Assembly: GCA_963700285.1 (NCBI GenBank)
Contig: CAVOXA010000014.1
Coordinates: 448,001 to 512,000 of the forward strand
DNA: 64,000 nucleotides
Origin: an uncultured Chloroflexia bacterium
GTDB taxonomy: Bacteria > Chloroflexota > Anaerolineae > JAAYZQ01
Direction: 5' to 3'
Shown: piece by piece, positions 30,527 to 41,776 of the stretch
Layout: each line of letters starts with the position of its first letter
Position numbering within the stretch: the first letter of the stretch is position 1
Program-made: the position numbers and the translations under genes
The notes under the pieces: model-generated
The model's input: the letters and a program-made list of their open reading frames with translations, nothing else
What the model was told of the DNA's origin: nothing
The model's database searches: none

Positions 30527-32333
30527 ATGATCGTCGACACCATGCTGCTCCGCCTTGGAGGCGAGTCGGGAGTAGATAACGCCATCTCCGCCGGCGATGT
30601 GCTCACCCTGTCGGTGGCCCGAGCTGGCTACCACGTCCATACCTTTCGCACTTATCCGGCCGAGATTAAGGGCGGACCGGTCATGTTCCAGCTTCGGGCC
30701 GGCGTAAACCCCGTACCATCGCTGGGCGACCAGTTGGACGTCCTGCTGGCCTTTAACGAGGAAGCATGGGACCTGCATCACGGAGTACTGCGGCCCGACG
30801 GGGTGCTGATCTACGATCCGGGGGAGCACGATGTACCGGAGGGCTTTGGGGGCACGGTTTTTGGCATCCCCTTCGACCAGATGGCCCGGGATCTGAACCT
30901 GCGCAAGGGCAAGAACCTGATCGCCTTGGGTGCTCTGTCTGCCCTGTTGGGCTTTGATTTCCAGCAGCTCCAGGCTACTATCAAGGACCAGTATGGCCGG
31001 AAAAGGCCCCAGTTCATCGAAAGCAATCGCATGGCGCTGCTGGCTGGGTACCAGTGGGTGAGGGACAACATCCAGGAAGAGGCTGCGATACGCCTGTCAG
31101 ATCCCCACCCAGCGCCCGAACCTCAGCTGGTCATGTCCGGCAACCGTGCCATCGTCGCCGGGGCATTGGCAGCTGGCTGTCGCTTCTATGCCGGGTATCC
31201 CATTACCCCTGCGACCGATATCCTGGAAGAGATGGCCAAGCGCCTGCCGGACATCGGCGGGGCTGTACTTCAGACCGAGGATGAGATTGCGGCCATCGCT
31301 AGCGTTGTGGGCGCGTCCGTTGCTGGCGTCAAAGCCATGACGGCCACCAGTGGTCCTGGGTTCTCGCTTATGCAGGAAATGCTTGGTCTGGCAACGATGG
31401 CTGAGGTGCCGGTTGTGGTGGTCAATTCGATGCGGGCCGGGCCCAGCACGGGGATGCCGACAAAGATGGAGCAGGCCGACCTGAATATCGCGCTTTACGG
31501 CGGGCATGGTGAGGCGCCACGCATCGTCCTGGCTGCCCGCTCTGTGCAGGACTGTTTCTATCAGGCCATGCAAGCCTTCTACCTTTCTGAGACCTTCCAG
31601 ATGCCGGTGATTCTGCTGGTCGACCAGTCTCTCTCGCACCGCACAGAGACGCTGCCCATGCCAGATCCGATGCTGGTGCCGGTCGTAGATCGGATGCGAC
31701 CCCGGCCAGAGGACACAGCAGGACTATGCCCGCTATCGGCTGACCGACAGTGGCATCTCGCCGATGGGTATACCTGGCTTTGACGATACACCGTTCACGG
31801 CCACGGGCCTGGAGCACGATGAATATGGCGCGCCCAACTATAGGCCCGAGGTCCATACGGCGCAGTTGGACAAACGCGGCCAAAAGTTCGAGATTGCGGC
31901 CGAGGCATTGTGCGGGTTAGGGGATCCCTTGGGCTGCGCCAGCTACGGCGTGCCCGAGACGGAGGCTGAGGTGGGCGTCCTGGCCTGGGGTTCTACGGCA
32001 GGCGTCGTACGGGAGGCGGTGGAGCAGATGGCCGAAGAAGGGTATCCGGTCGCGGCGCTGGTGCCAGCTGTCATCAATCCGCTGCCGGCAGACCGCATCC
32101 TGGAATTTGCCAGCAACCTCGGCACCGTCATCGTGCCCGAAGTGAACCGCTCAGGCCAGTTCGCGGCCTGGGTCAAGGCCCAGACCGAGCTGCATTTGAT
32201 CTCGCTGAACAAGTATGGCGGCCTGCCTTTTACGCCCCAGGAGATCCGCGCCAAGGTAAAAGAATTCCTCGCACCCAAGGTGGTCGAAGCCGAGCCAGAG
32301 TCCGAGACCGCCCAGGAGGTGGCCCATGGCTAA
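30527..32333 (+). CDS. korA: 2-oxoacid:ferredoxin oxidoreductase alpha subunit (indel near 31720)
   Basis: YPAEIKGG, YAGYPITPAT, EDEIAA, TATSGPG, RAGPSTGMPT, TGLEHDE. Confidence 0.88.
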
Positions 32334-33189
32334 GAAAAAAGTCACGACCAAGCTGCTCCCAAAGGATTTCAAGTCGACCGTCAAGCCCACCTGGTGTCCG
32401 GGCTGCGGTGACTTTGGTGTTCTGGCGTCGTTGTACCAGGCCATGGCCAGGTTGGAGCTGGATCCGGCGAACACGCTCGTGGTATCCGGCATCGGCTGTT
32501 CCAGCCGGCTGCCCTTCTTTGTAAAGACCTACGGCTTTCAGACCGCCCATGGCCGCGTTCTGCCTGTGGCCGTCGGAGCCAAGATCGCCAATCCGGACCT
32601 GACGGTGATCGCCGTCGGCGGGGATGGCGATGGCTTTAGCATCGGCGGCGGGCACCTGGCCCACGCCGTGCGCCGAAACCCGGATATCACCTACGTGGTG
32701 ATGGACAATGAGGTGTATGGCCTTACGAAAGGGCAAACCTCGCCCACTTCACCTCTGGGTTTTCAAACCAAGAGCACGCCCTATGGCTCGTCGGATACCC
32801 CGATCAACCCTATGGCCTGGGTCCTAGCGTCCGGCGTCAGCTTTGCTGCCAGGGGCTTCTCGGGAACGCCCAAGCACGTCACCGATCTGATCGTCGAGGG
32901 TATCCAGCACCCGGGTTTTGCCTTTGTTCAGACCATGAGCCCCTGCCCCACCTTCAACAACACCTTTGACCGATGGCGGGACAAGGTTGAAGACCTGCCC
33001 GCCGAACACCAGCCCGAGGACCGCATGCAGGCCCTGGCGCAGGCTTTCCGCACCGATGCAGTCCCGGTCGGCCTGTTCTACAAGGAGTCCCGGCCGACGC
33101 TGGAAAGCCACACGCGTGTCACCAACCATACGCTCAAGGAGGATGCCCTCGATTTTGATGTACGGGCGCTTCTGGAAATCTATCGCTAG
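32326..33189 (+). CDS. korB: 2-oxoacid:ferredoxin oxidoreductase beta subunit
   Basis: WCPGCGDFG, SGIGCS, GGDGD, YGLTKGQ, PCPTF. Confidence 0.92.
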   Translation: MAKKKVTTKLLPKDFKSTVKPTWCPGCGDFGVLASLYQAMARLELDPANTLVVSGIGCSSRLPFFVKTYGFQTAHGRVLPVAVGAKIANPDLTVIAVGGDGDGFSIGGGHLAHAVRRNPDITYVVMDNEVYGLTKGQTSPTSPLGFQTKSTPYGSSDTPINPMAWVLASGVSFAARGFSGTPKHVTDLIVEGIQHPGFAFVQTMSPCPTFNNTFDRWRDKVEDLPAEHQPEDRMQALAQAFRTDAVPVGLFYKESRPTLESHTRVTNHTLKEDALDFDVRALLEIYR

Positions 33190-33202
33190 CGGGAAGACCG
33201 AC

Positions 33203-33607
33203 ATGCAGATTGAAGGAATCCTGGAGAGCTGTCTTTACGTGGATGACCTGGATGCGGCGGAGGCGTTCTATCGCCGCGTGCTGGCGCTTCAGCTTCATTC
33301 CAGGGAACAGGGGCGACACGTGTTCCTTCACTGTGGAAAAGGGATGCTGCTGCTGTTTAACCCCGACAGTACATCGGTGTCCAACGGCATCGTACCCACT
33401 CATGGGGCCCGCGGCCCTGGCCACGTGGCCTTTGCCGTGAAGAAAGCTCAGATCTCCGCATGGAAGGATCAACTGCGGAAAGAGGGCGTCGCGATCGAAA
33501 CAGAAGTCCCCTGGCCCCATGGCGGCCATTCGATCTATTTTCGCGATCCAGCCGGCAACAGCGTGGAGCTGGCCACTTCCCAGGTCTGGGGGCTGCCTCC
33601 GGACTGA
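33203..33607 (+). CDS. VOC/glyoxalase-family protein
   Basis: LESCLYVDDLDAAEAFY, GHVAF, SIYFRDPAGNSVEL. Confidence 0.9.
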   Translation: MQIEGILESCLYVDDLDAAEAFYRRVLALQLHSREQGRHVFLHCGKGMLLLFNPDSTSVSNGIVPTHGARGPGHVAFAVKKAQISAWKDQLRKEGVAIETEVPWPHGGHSIYFRDPAGNSVELATSQVWGLPPD

Positions 33608-33796
33608 ATCTGCGGACTGAAGTCCGTCCCCAGGCAGAATCAGGCAGCCCAGAGCCTCTGGTTCCAATCCCTGGCAGTAAGGGCAAGGTTCGCACGAGCG
33701 CCCGCAGAACACTCCCCCACCCAGTAACCTTTGATAGCATCCATCTTGGCTCTGCTGTGCTCAGGCCAGGACCCTGGAGATTCTTTTGTTTTGCAC

Positions 33797-33852
33797 TTGA
33801 CAAATACCAAAAAGCGTTGTATAATTAACGCGACGTTAGTAACGCGGGTTAC
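33797..33852 (+). promoter_or_regulatory. Consensus sigma70 promoter with downstream operator-like palindromes
   Basis: TTGACA (33797), 17 nt, TATAAT (33820); TAACG-cga-CGTTA at 33826-33838; GTAAC-gcgg-GTTAC at 33839-33852. Confidence 0.8.
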
Positions 33853-33901
33853 CCTCATGCATTCGCCGCCAGTCGTGCAGGAATGTGGTCGGGAGGTTGT
33901 C

Positions 33902-34939
33902 TTGGGTCGTAGACAGGCCCGAAGCCAGGATGTGGCCAGCAAGGCCGGAGTGTCCCGGACGACGGTTTCTTTCGTCTTGAACGACGTACCGGGAGTCAAG
34001 ATCACCGAAGAGACGCGCCAGCGGGTCCTGGATGCTGCGCGCGAGTTGAACTACTACCCCACCGCCGCGGCCCGCTCCCTGGCCAGCGGGAAGACCCACC
34101 GCATTGGCTTGATTCTGGGCGAAGGACAACAGCGCCTTGGAGCCGATGCTTTTCTGCCAGCCTTTCTCCAAGGCGTCACCGCCTCTGTCCACCGACGGGG
34201 CTATCTACTGATGCTGCAATTGGCTGAAGACGTGCCCAGTCACGAAGCCTACGCCCGCCTTATCCGAGAACAACATGTCGACGGGCTGATCCTTTCCGGC
34301 CCCCGGTCGGACGATCCGTTGCTGCCGCAACTGGCTGAGGAGAAGTTTCCCCTAATCTTGCATGGCCGGCCCAGCGGTCACGATTTTCCGTGCGTAGATG
34401 TGGACAACCAAGCTGGCGCGTACAAGGCCGTGAGTCACCTCATCGGCCTGGGTCACCGCCGCATCGGGTTCATCTCCAACGCGCCGCTCTCCTATGCTGG
34501 AGCACAGGACCGCTTTGCTGGCTACAAGCAGGCCCTGGCGGATCACGATATTCCCGATGATCCCGATCTGGTTCGAACCGCCGCTTTTCTACCCGAGGCC
34601 GGACGCTCAGCGATGGAGCAGTTGCTGGACGTGCCGGAGCGGCCGACGGCGGTATTTGGCGCCAGCGATGTCGTCGCTCTGGGCGCCCTGGGCGCCATCC
34701 ATGGCGCTGGTTTCTGCATTCCTGACGACGTGGCAGTTGTCGGCTTTGATGATATTTCTCTCGCCGCCCACGCCCATCCGCCGCTGACCACTGTTCGAGT
34801 GCCGGCCTACGGCCTGGGATGGACCGCGGCCGAGGTACTGATCGCGCGCATTGAGGGCGATGCAGTTTCCTCGGTAACGTTGGATACGGAGTTGGTGATC
34901 CGGGAATCCTGCGGGGCAAGGTCTGCCGCAGAGGCTTGA
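33902..34939 (+). CDS. LacI-family transcriptional regulator
   Basis: SQDVASKAGVSRTTVSFVLN, VVGFDD, PPLTTV; TTG start after GGAGGT. Confidence 0.92.
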   Translation: MGRRQARSQDVASKAGVSRTTVSFVLNDVPGVKITEETRQRVLDAARELNYYPTAAARSLASGKTHRIGLILGEGQQRLGADAFLPAFLQGVTASVHRRGYLLMLQLAEDVPSHEAYARLIREQHVDGLILSGPRSDDPLLPQLAEEKFPLILHGRPSGHDFPCVDVDNQAGAYKAVSHLIGLGHRRIGFISNAPLSYAGAQDRFAGYKQALADHDIPDDPDLVRTAAFLPEAGRSAMEQLLDVPERPTAVFGASDVVALGALGAIHGAGFCIPDDVAVVGFDDISLAAHAHPPLTTVRVPAYGLGWTAAEVLIARIEGDAVSSVTLDTELVIRESCGARSAAEA

Positions 34940-35286
34940 TCAGCAGCGTCCTGTTCTGTTTGTAGACGGGTCGACCGCCGCCATCCCTGTCCATCTGCAC
35001 GCAACTGTGCAGGATATCCTGATTGCGGCACAGCCGGATATTTGCCCAAAAAGTTGCACCAGTAGGTATCGTGTGAAGTTGAACTCCTCTAGCAGGTGTG
35101 AGATCATAGAGATTGCACAGAGGAGGCGAATATGGCAAAGCGATACTCATCCATCGGCTATGTGCCGCCATTGACGTACATCGAACGTACGCGTTCGGGC
35201 TTTGGCACACGACATTGGGCTGGGCACCGTCCGAGTCGCAGATTGCTCAGCCTCTCTGGAGAGAGACCGAAGGTTTTTTGTCAGAG

Positions 35287-35315
35287 TTGCGCCTTTTTCC
35301 TCCGTGTGGTATAAT
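35287..35315 (+). promoter_or_regulatory. sigma70-type promoter with extended -10, upstream of ppk2
   Basis: TTGCGC, 17 nt, TATAAT with TGn. Confidence 0.6.
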
Positions 35316-35528
35316 GGGGGATAGGGCACGGGCTGTTTTCTTGTCCCTTGTTCCTTCTCCTTTTCCTTGGGCTTGACTGACCACCGGTAGCCGGAGGGTG
35401 TGTAGAACACTTCCAGAGGATCACAATAAACACAGCTCCAAGTGTTGTACGTTTTGGGGGAAACCTCATGAATCTGTGATTCCGGAATTCTAGCCGGACT
35501 TTGACAGCGAACAAGCCCCCGAGCCGAC

Positions 35529-36524
35529 TTGAACAAAGGGGTGGCGCACTCGGTTCCAGATGCACAACCCAGCCAGTTGTGTGCGGCAGGAAAAATGGGA
35601 GGAGGCACGGCTAGGAATCATGAGCAGGACATCGGAACGACATTGTCGCAAGAGGAAGAAATCGCCGAATATGCAGACAGGAAGGAACAGGAGGATAAAT
35701 ACTATGACACGATAAGTGGCAAGTGGGGGAAAAAGCATCGGAAAAATGGCAAACTGACCGAAAGGTACTGTTTGCACGAACTTGCGCAACTCCAGGAAGA
35801 ATTGGTCAAGTGGCAGTATTGGGTCAGGGAAAAGGGTCTCAAAGTAGCGATACTCTTTGAAGGCAGAGACGCAGCCGGCAAGGGGGGCGTCGTTAAGCGC
35901 ATCACGGAACGCACCAACCCCCGTGTTATCCGAGTTGTGGCTCTCGGTATCCCGACCGAACGAGAAAAGTCTCAATGGTATTTTGAAAGATGGTCCACTC
36001 ACCTTCCGGCGGCGGGCGAAATGGTGCTATTCGACAGGAGTTGGTACACGCGCGCGATTACCGAGAACGTGATGGGCTTTTGCACTGAGGAACAGTATCG
36101 CGAGTTTCTGCGATCTTGTCCCCAATACGAGCGTATGCTGATACGTTCCGGCATCATCCTGCTAAAGTATTGGTTCTCGGTCAGCGATGAAGAGCAGGAA
36201 CGCCGCTTCCGGCAGCGAGCCACAGACCCGAAAAGGCGCTGGAAACTCAGTCCAATGGACCTGGAGTCTTGGAACAGATGGCTGGATTATTCCAAAGCCA
36301 AAGACAGGATGATGGAGTATACGGACATCAAACACTCTCCATGGTACGTGGTTCCTTCAGATGATAAGAAGCGCGCTCGGTTGAATTGTATCAGCCACAT
36401 ACTCAGCCAGATTCCATACGAGGATATTCTGCCGGAACCAATCGAACTGCCGGCTAGAGAATATCAAACCGGCTATATTCGCCCACCTTTTGAAGAGCAG
36501 ACTTTTGTGCCGGACATCCATTAA
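35529..36524 (+). CDS. ppk2: Polyphosphate kinase 2 (start uncertain, possibly 35595 or 35643)
   Basis: FEGRDAAGKGG, FDRSWY, LKYWFSVS, WKLSPMD, SDDKKRARLNCI. Confidence 0.93.
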   Translation: MNKGVAHSVPDAQPSQLCAAGKMGGGTARNHEQDIGTTLSQEEEIAEYADRKEQEDKYYDTISGKWGKKHRKNGKLTERYCLHELAQLQEELVKWQYWVREKGLKVAILFEGRDAAGKGGVVKRITERTNPRVIRVVALGIPTEREKSQWYFERWSTHLPAAGEMVLFDRSWYTRAITENVMGFCTEEQYREFLRSCPQYERMLIRSGIILLKYWFSVSDEEQERRFRQRATDPKRRWKLSPMDLESWNRWLDYSKAKDRMMEYTDIKHSPWYVVPSDDKKRARLNCISHILSQIPYEDILPEPIELPAREYQTGYIRPPFEEQTFVPDIH

Positions 36525-36742
36525 AGCCTGCAGTGGACAGATGCGCGCTGTGTAATTGGCTCCAAAAACTGGACCACGTGCTAAACCTCAGCCACACCCA
36601 TACACGGAGGGGAGGTGATAGAGCTCAGCAAACTCAGGTTCAAAGCATGCTGCCAGCCCTTGGCAGCCAACCGCCAGATGGAAGGACGTTGGCGCCCTCC
36701 CATCAGATGCATGACAGACAGTAGTCTGGAGGAGAGTAGAAA

Positions 36743-39417
36743 ATGAAACGCTCATTGTTTTCAATTGTGGCCCTTCTGGTAGTCATTGGCATGGTCCTGA
36801 CCGCCTGTGGAGGGACAACCGCACCGGAGCCAACTGAGGCGCCCGCCGCAGCGGAGCCGACCATGGCCCCCGAGGCCGGAGAGATGCCCGAAGCCGGCTT
36901 TCCCGTGATTCCGGGTGGCTTTCTGGAGAAAGCTCTGGCCGGTGAGTACGCCGGCACCGAGGTCACCGTCGACGGTCCCTTTGTCGACGTTGACGAAACT
37001 CGCTTCGAGGCGTCGATGGCTCCCTTTGAAGAGGCCACCGGCATCACCGTCAACTACATCGGCGACAAAGAGTTCGAAGCCCGCCTGTCCATCGCCGTCG
37101 ACGCCGGCGACGCGCCCGACATCGTCGACTTTCCCCAGCCGGGCAAAGCGGCCAACTATGCCCGCCAGGGCCACATCGTCGATCCCACCGAGTGGATCCC
37201 CCAGAGCTGGCTGGAGCAGCAGTACAACGAAAGCTGGCTCGACATGGCCCAGATAGAGGGCCAGACCGGTGGCGTCTGGCACCGCTTCAACGGCAAAAGC
37301 CTCGTCTGGTACCCCAAGGCCGTCTTTGACGCCGCCGGCTACGAGGTCCCCGAAACCTGGGATGAACTCATGGCCCTCACCCAGCAGATCGCCGACGACG
37401 GCGACACCGCCTGGTGCATCGGTATCGGCTCGGGTGCGGCCACCGGCTGGCCCGCCACCGACTGGACCGAGGAGTTGATGATGCGCACCACCTCCCTGGA
37501 GAACTATGACGCCTGGGTCGCAGGCGAACTGCCCTTCTCCTCGCCCGAGGTCAAAAATGCCATCGAGACCTGGAGCGAGATTCTGGCTCAACCCCGACTA
37601 TGTCTTTGGCGGCACCGACACCATCGTCTCCACCCTGTTCAACGACTCCCCGGCGCCCATGTTCGAGGACCCGCCCAAGTGCTGGCTCCACCGCCAGGGC
37701 AACTTTATCACCGGCAACTTCCCCGAGGGCGCCGAAGCGGGCGTCGACTATGACTTCTTCTACTTCCCACCCGTCGACGAGCAGTACGGCAAGCCCTTCC
37801 TGGTCGCCGGCGACATGATGTCCATGTTCAACGACCGGCCCGAAGTCCGGGCCCTGATGGAGTTCTTTACCACGCCCCAGTCCGCCTCCGGATTTCTGGC
37901 TCAGGGCGGCGCCCTGGCCGCCCACCAGACGGCCACACCCGACATGTACGGCGTGGACCTGGAGCGCGGCATCGCCGAACTCGTCCAGCAAGCCACAGCC
38001 TTCCGCTTCGACGGCTCCGACCTGATGCCCGGCGAGGTAGGCGCTGGCTCCTTCTGGACCGGCATGGTCGACTATGTCAGCGGCGCCGCCGACCTGGACA
38101 CCGTCCTGGCCGAAATCGACGCCTCCTGGCCGGAGGGAGTCGCTGGTGAGGCGCAAGCACCTACTGAAGAAGGCGCCTTCCCCGTGATTCCGGGTGGCTT
38201 CCTGGAGAAAGCTCTGGCCGGTGAGTACACCGGCACCGAGGTCACCGTCGACGGTCCCTTTGTCGACGTTGACGAAACTCGCTTCGAGGCGTCGATGGCT
38301 CCCTTCGAAGAGGCCACCGGCATCACCGTCAACTACATCGGCGACAAAGAGTTCGAAGCCCGCCTGTCCATCGCCGTCGACGCCGGCGACGCGCCCGACA
38401 TCGTCGACTTTCCCCAGCCGGGCAAAGCGGCCAACTATGCCCGCCAGGGCCACATCGTCGATCCCACCGAGTGGATCCCCCAGAGCTGGCTGGAGCAGCA
38501 GTACAACGAAAGCTGGCTCGACATGGCCCAGATAGAGGGCCAGACCGGTGGCGTCTGGCACCGCTTCAACGGCAAAAGCCTCGTCTGGTACCCCAAGGCC
38601 GTCTTTGACGCCGCCGGCTACGAGGTCCCCGAAACCTGGGATGAACTCATGGCCCTCACCCAGCAGATCGCCGACGACGGCGACACCGCCTGGTGCATCG
38701 GTATCGGCTCGGGTGCGGCCACCGGCTGGCCCGCCACCGACTGGACCGAGGAGATGATGCTGCGCACCACCTCCCTGGAGAACTATGACGCCTGGGTCGC
38801 AGGCGAACTGCCCTTCTCCTCGCCCGAGGTCAAAAATGCCATCGAGACCTGGAGCGAGATCTGGCTCAACCCCGACTATGTCTTTGGCGGCACCGACACC
38901 ATCGTCTCCACCCTGTTCAACGACTCCCCGGCGCCCATGTTCGAGGACCCGCCCAAGTGCTGGCTCCACCGCCAGGGCAACTTTATCACCGGCAACTTCC
39001 CCGAGGGCGCCGAAGCGGGCGTCGACTATGACTTCTTCTACTTCCCACCCGTCGACGAGCAGTACGGCAAGCCCTTCCTGGTCGCCGGCGACATGATGTC
39101 CATGTTCAACGACCGGCCCGAAGTCCGGGCCCTGATGGAGTTCTTTACCACGCCCCAGTCCGCCTCCGGATTTCTGGCTGCAGGGCGGCGCCCTGGCCGC
39201 CCACCAGACGGCCACACCCGACATGTACGGCGTGGACCTGGAGCGCGGCATCGCCGAACTCGTCCAGCAAGCCACAGCCTTCCGCTTCGACGGCTCCGAC
39301 CTGATGCCCGGCGAGGTAGGCGCTGGCTCCTTCTGGACCGGCATGGTCGACTATGTCAGCGGCGCCGCCGACCTGGACACCGTCCTGGCCGAAATCGACG
39401 CCTCCTGGCCCCAGTAG
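36743..39417 (+). CDS. Alpha-glucoside-binding lipoprotein, AglE-like, with two near-identical SBP domains (two 1-nt indels)
   Basis: Lipobox LTAC; PDIVDFPQPG, KSLVWYP, WCIGIGSGAATGWPATDW and FRFDGSDLMPGEVG each occur twice. Confidence 0.85.
36902..39411 (+). repeat. Tandem ~1.23-kb near-identical direct repeat (36902-38131 and 38181-39411)
   Basis: Offset 1279 nt; only a handful of substitutions seen by eye; unique linker encodes PEGVAGEAQAPTEEGA. Confidence 0.95.
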
Positions 39418-39433
39418 CAAGACCTGTGGCAGT

Positions 39434-39467
39434 AAAGACTGCCAGCCCTGGTGGGCTGGCAGTCTTT
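39434..39467 (+). other. Perfect 15-bp stem-loop between the SBP and permease genes (mRNA stabiliser or attenuator)
   Basis: AAAGACTGCCAGCCC-tggt-GGGCTGGCAGTCTTT. Confidence 0.7.
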
Positions 39468-39486
39468 CGAAGGAAGGAGTAGATCG

Positions 39487-40651
39487 ATGACGCAACTCGA
39501 CGCTGTTGAAGAACAAGAAGGCGGAAGAGGTTCTGAAGTCGTGAGCTGGCTGGGGCGTGTCTTCCTGGCCATCATCATTCCCCTGATCGCCTTTGCCGTG
39601 CTCTATGCTGGTTTCATCTTCCTGCGGGACAGCAACGCCCCTCGGTGGGTCACCGCTCTCGTGGCCATCGTCTGGGGCGTCGGCGGGGTAGCCGCTCTCT
39701 ACTGGATATTCAACGGCATCGTCGAACGACTGCCCGACGAGTGGACAGCGCGCCTTCAGCCCTTTGTCTTTGTCGGCCCGGCAATCGCCATCCTCGTTTG
39801 GTATCTGGCGCTACCTTCGCTTCGCACATTCTACCTGAGCCTCTTTGGCCGGGACGGTCCGCCGCCGGATGTTGGCTTTTTCGCATCCTTCGACCACCGA
39901 CGCTTTTGTCGGCTTTCAGAATTACGTGGCCATGTTCACGCAACGTCTGCTGCAGGAATCGCTGCGCAACAACGTGATGTGGATCGTGTTTGGCAGCACC
40001 ACATCCGTTGTCGCTGGCCTGCTGGTGGCCGTGCTGGCCGACCGCAGCCGGTTCGAGCGCGTCGCCAAGTCGCTGATCTTCCTACCGATGGCCATCTCCT
40101 TCGTGGGCGCCAGCGTCATCTGGAACTTTATGTACGTGGTCAGGCCGCCCGAATCGACTCAGATTGGCCTGCTGAACGCCATCCTCGTCGGGCTGGGTGC
40201 GGCGCCCTTTGCCTGGGACAAAGCGGTGGCATTTCAACCCTGGAACAACCTGTTCCTGATCCTCATCGTCGTCTGGCTGCAGGCCGGGTTCGCCATGGTG
40301 CTCTTCTCAGCAGCCTTAAAGGGCATCCCCGAGGAGATACTGGAAGCGGCCCGGGTGGACGGCGCCACCGAGGTGCAGGTATTCTTCAGGATCATGATCC
40401 CCTACATCATGGGCACCATCATCACGGTGTGGACGACGGTCGTCATCTTTACCCTCAAGATCTTTGACGTCGTGTGGGTCATGACCGGCGGTCAGTTTGG
40501 CACCCACGTGATCGCCACCCAGTTCTACCGCCAGTCGTTTACCGCCCGAAACTCGGGCTATGGCAGTGCCATCGCCATCATCCTGCTGCTAGCCGTCATC
40601 CCGGTGATGATCTACAACCTGCGGCAGTTCAGGGAACAGGAGGCGTTCTAG
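39487..40651 (+). CDS. Carbohydrate ABC permease, AglF-like (indel near 39890)
   Basis: KSLIFLPMAISFVGASVIW, EAARVDGATE, KIFDVV. Confidence 0.88.
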
Positions 40652-40652
40652 C

Positions 40653-41752
40653 ATGAAGAAGAAAAGATGGGTTGGCCTCTTGCTGGTCAATGGTGCGCTG
40701 CTGCTCCTGGTGATCGTGTGGAGCATCCCCACATTCGGGCTGTTGGTCTCCTCTTTCCGAAGTCGCTTTGATATCCAGACTTCGGGCTGGTGGACGGTTT
40801 TCCCCCATCGCGAGTGGGTGACGGTTGCCGAGTCGGACCCAAAGGTACTGGGCCTGGATCCCGACGGCGTGATGGAGGTGGAAGGTGTGACTGGGACCTT
40901 TGACCAGCTACGTGAAGGCGTCGCATCTCCGGATGGGAACACGCGTGTCACCTGGGTGGGCAACAGGCGCCTGGGCCGTATCGAGGTACAGCGAGCGGGA
41001 GTGGACGGTCACCTGGGACTTTACGCTGGACAACTACAAGCAGGTGCTCATCGGAAAGAGCTTGGAAGTCCAGCAAGCCCGATGGAACGGTTGAGGTTGT
41101 TCAAGGCCAGGACATGACCCAGGCCTTCCTGAACAGCCTGGCCGTCACCATTCCCTCAACGGTGATCCCGATCCTGATCGCCGCCTTTGCGGCCTACGCC
41201 TTCGCCTGGATGCAGTTCCCGGGCCGCCGGGCGCTGTTTATTCTGGTGGTAGGGCTGTTGGTCGTCCCGCTACAGATCGCCCTGGTGCCCATCCTGCGCG
41301 ACTATAAGACGCTGAACCTGAATGGCACGTTCCTGGCCATCTGGCTGGCCCACACCGGCTTTGGCCTGGCCCTGGCCACCTACCTGCTGTTCAACTATAT
41401 CGTCACCCTGCCGCGCGAGATCCTGGAGTCGGCCTTTATCGATGGCGCCTCCCACTTTACCATCTTTCAGCGGCTGGTCCTGCCGCTGTCGGTGCCGGCC
41501 CTGGCCTCTTTTGCCATCTTCCAGTTCCTGTGGGTGTGGAACGACTATCTGGTGGCCTTGACCTTTCTGGGGGTCGACCCCAACTTTAAGGTGGTCACCC
41601 AGCGGCTGGCCGACATGACCGGCACCTTTGGCAACGACTGGCACCTGCTGACGGCCGGTGCATTCGTGACCATGATCCTGCCACTGGTTGTGTTCTTTGC
41701 GCTGCAGCGCTACTTTGTGCGCGGCCTCACGGCCGGCTCTGTGAAGGGCTAG
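40653..41752 (+). CDS. Carbohydrate ABC permease, AglG-like (indels near 40990-41080)
   Basis: WSIPTFGLLVSSFR, FLNSLAVTIPST, ESAFIDGAS, FQFLWVWND, GLTAGSVKG. Confidence 0.88.
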
Positions 41753-41776
41753 GTCCCAGTAACCCAAGATTGTCTT

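Noticed and set aside
36902-39411. IS element or transposon direct repeats
   Set aside because: The repeat unit is purely SBP coding sequence, with no transposase, terminal inverted repeats or target-site duplication
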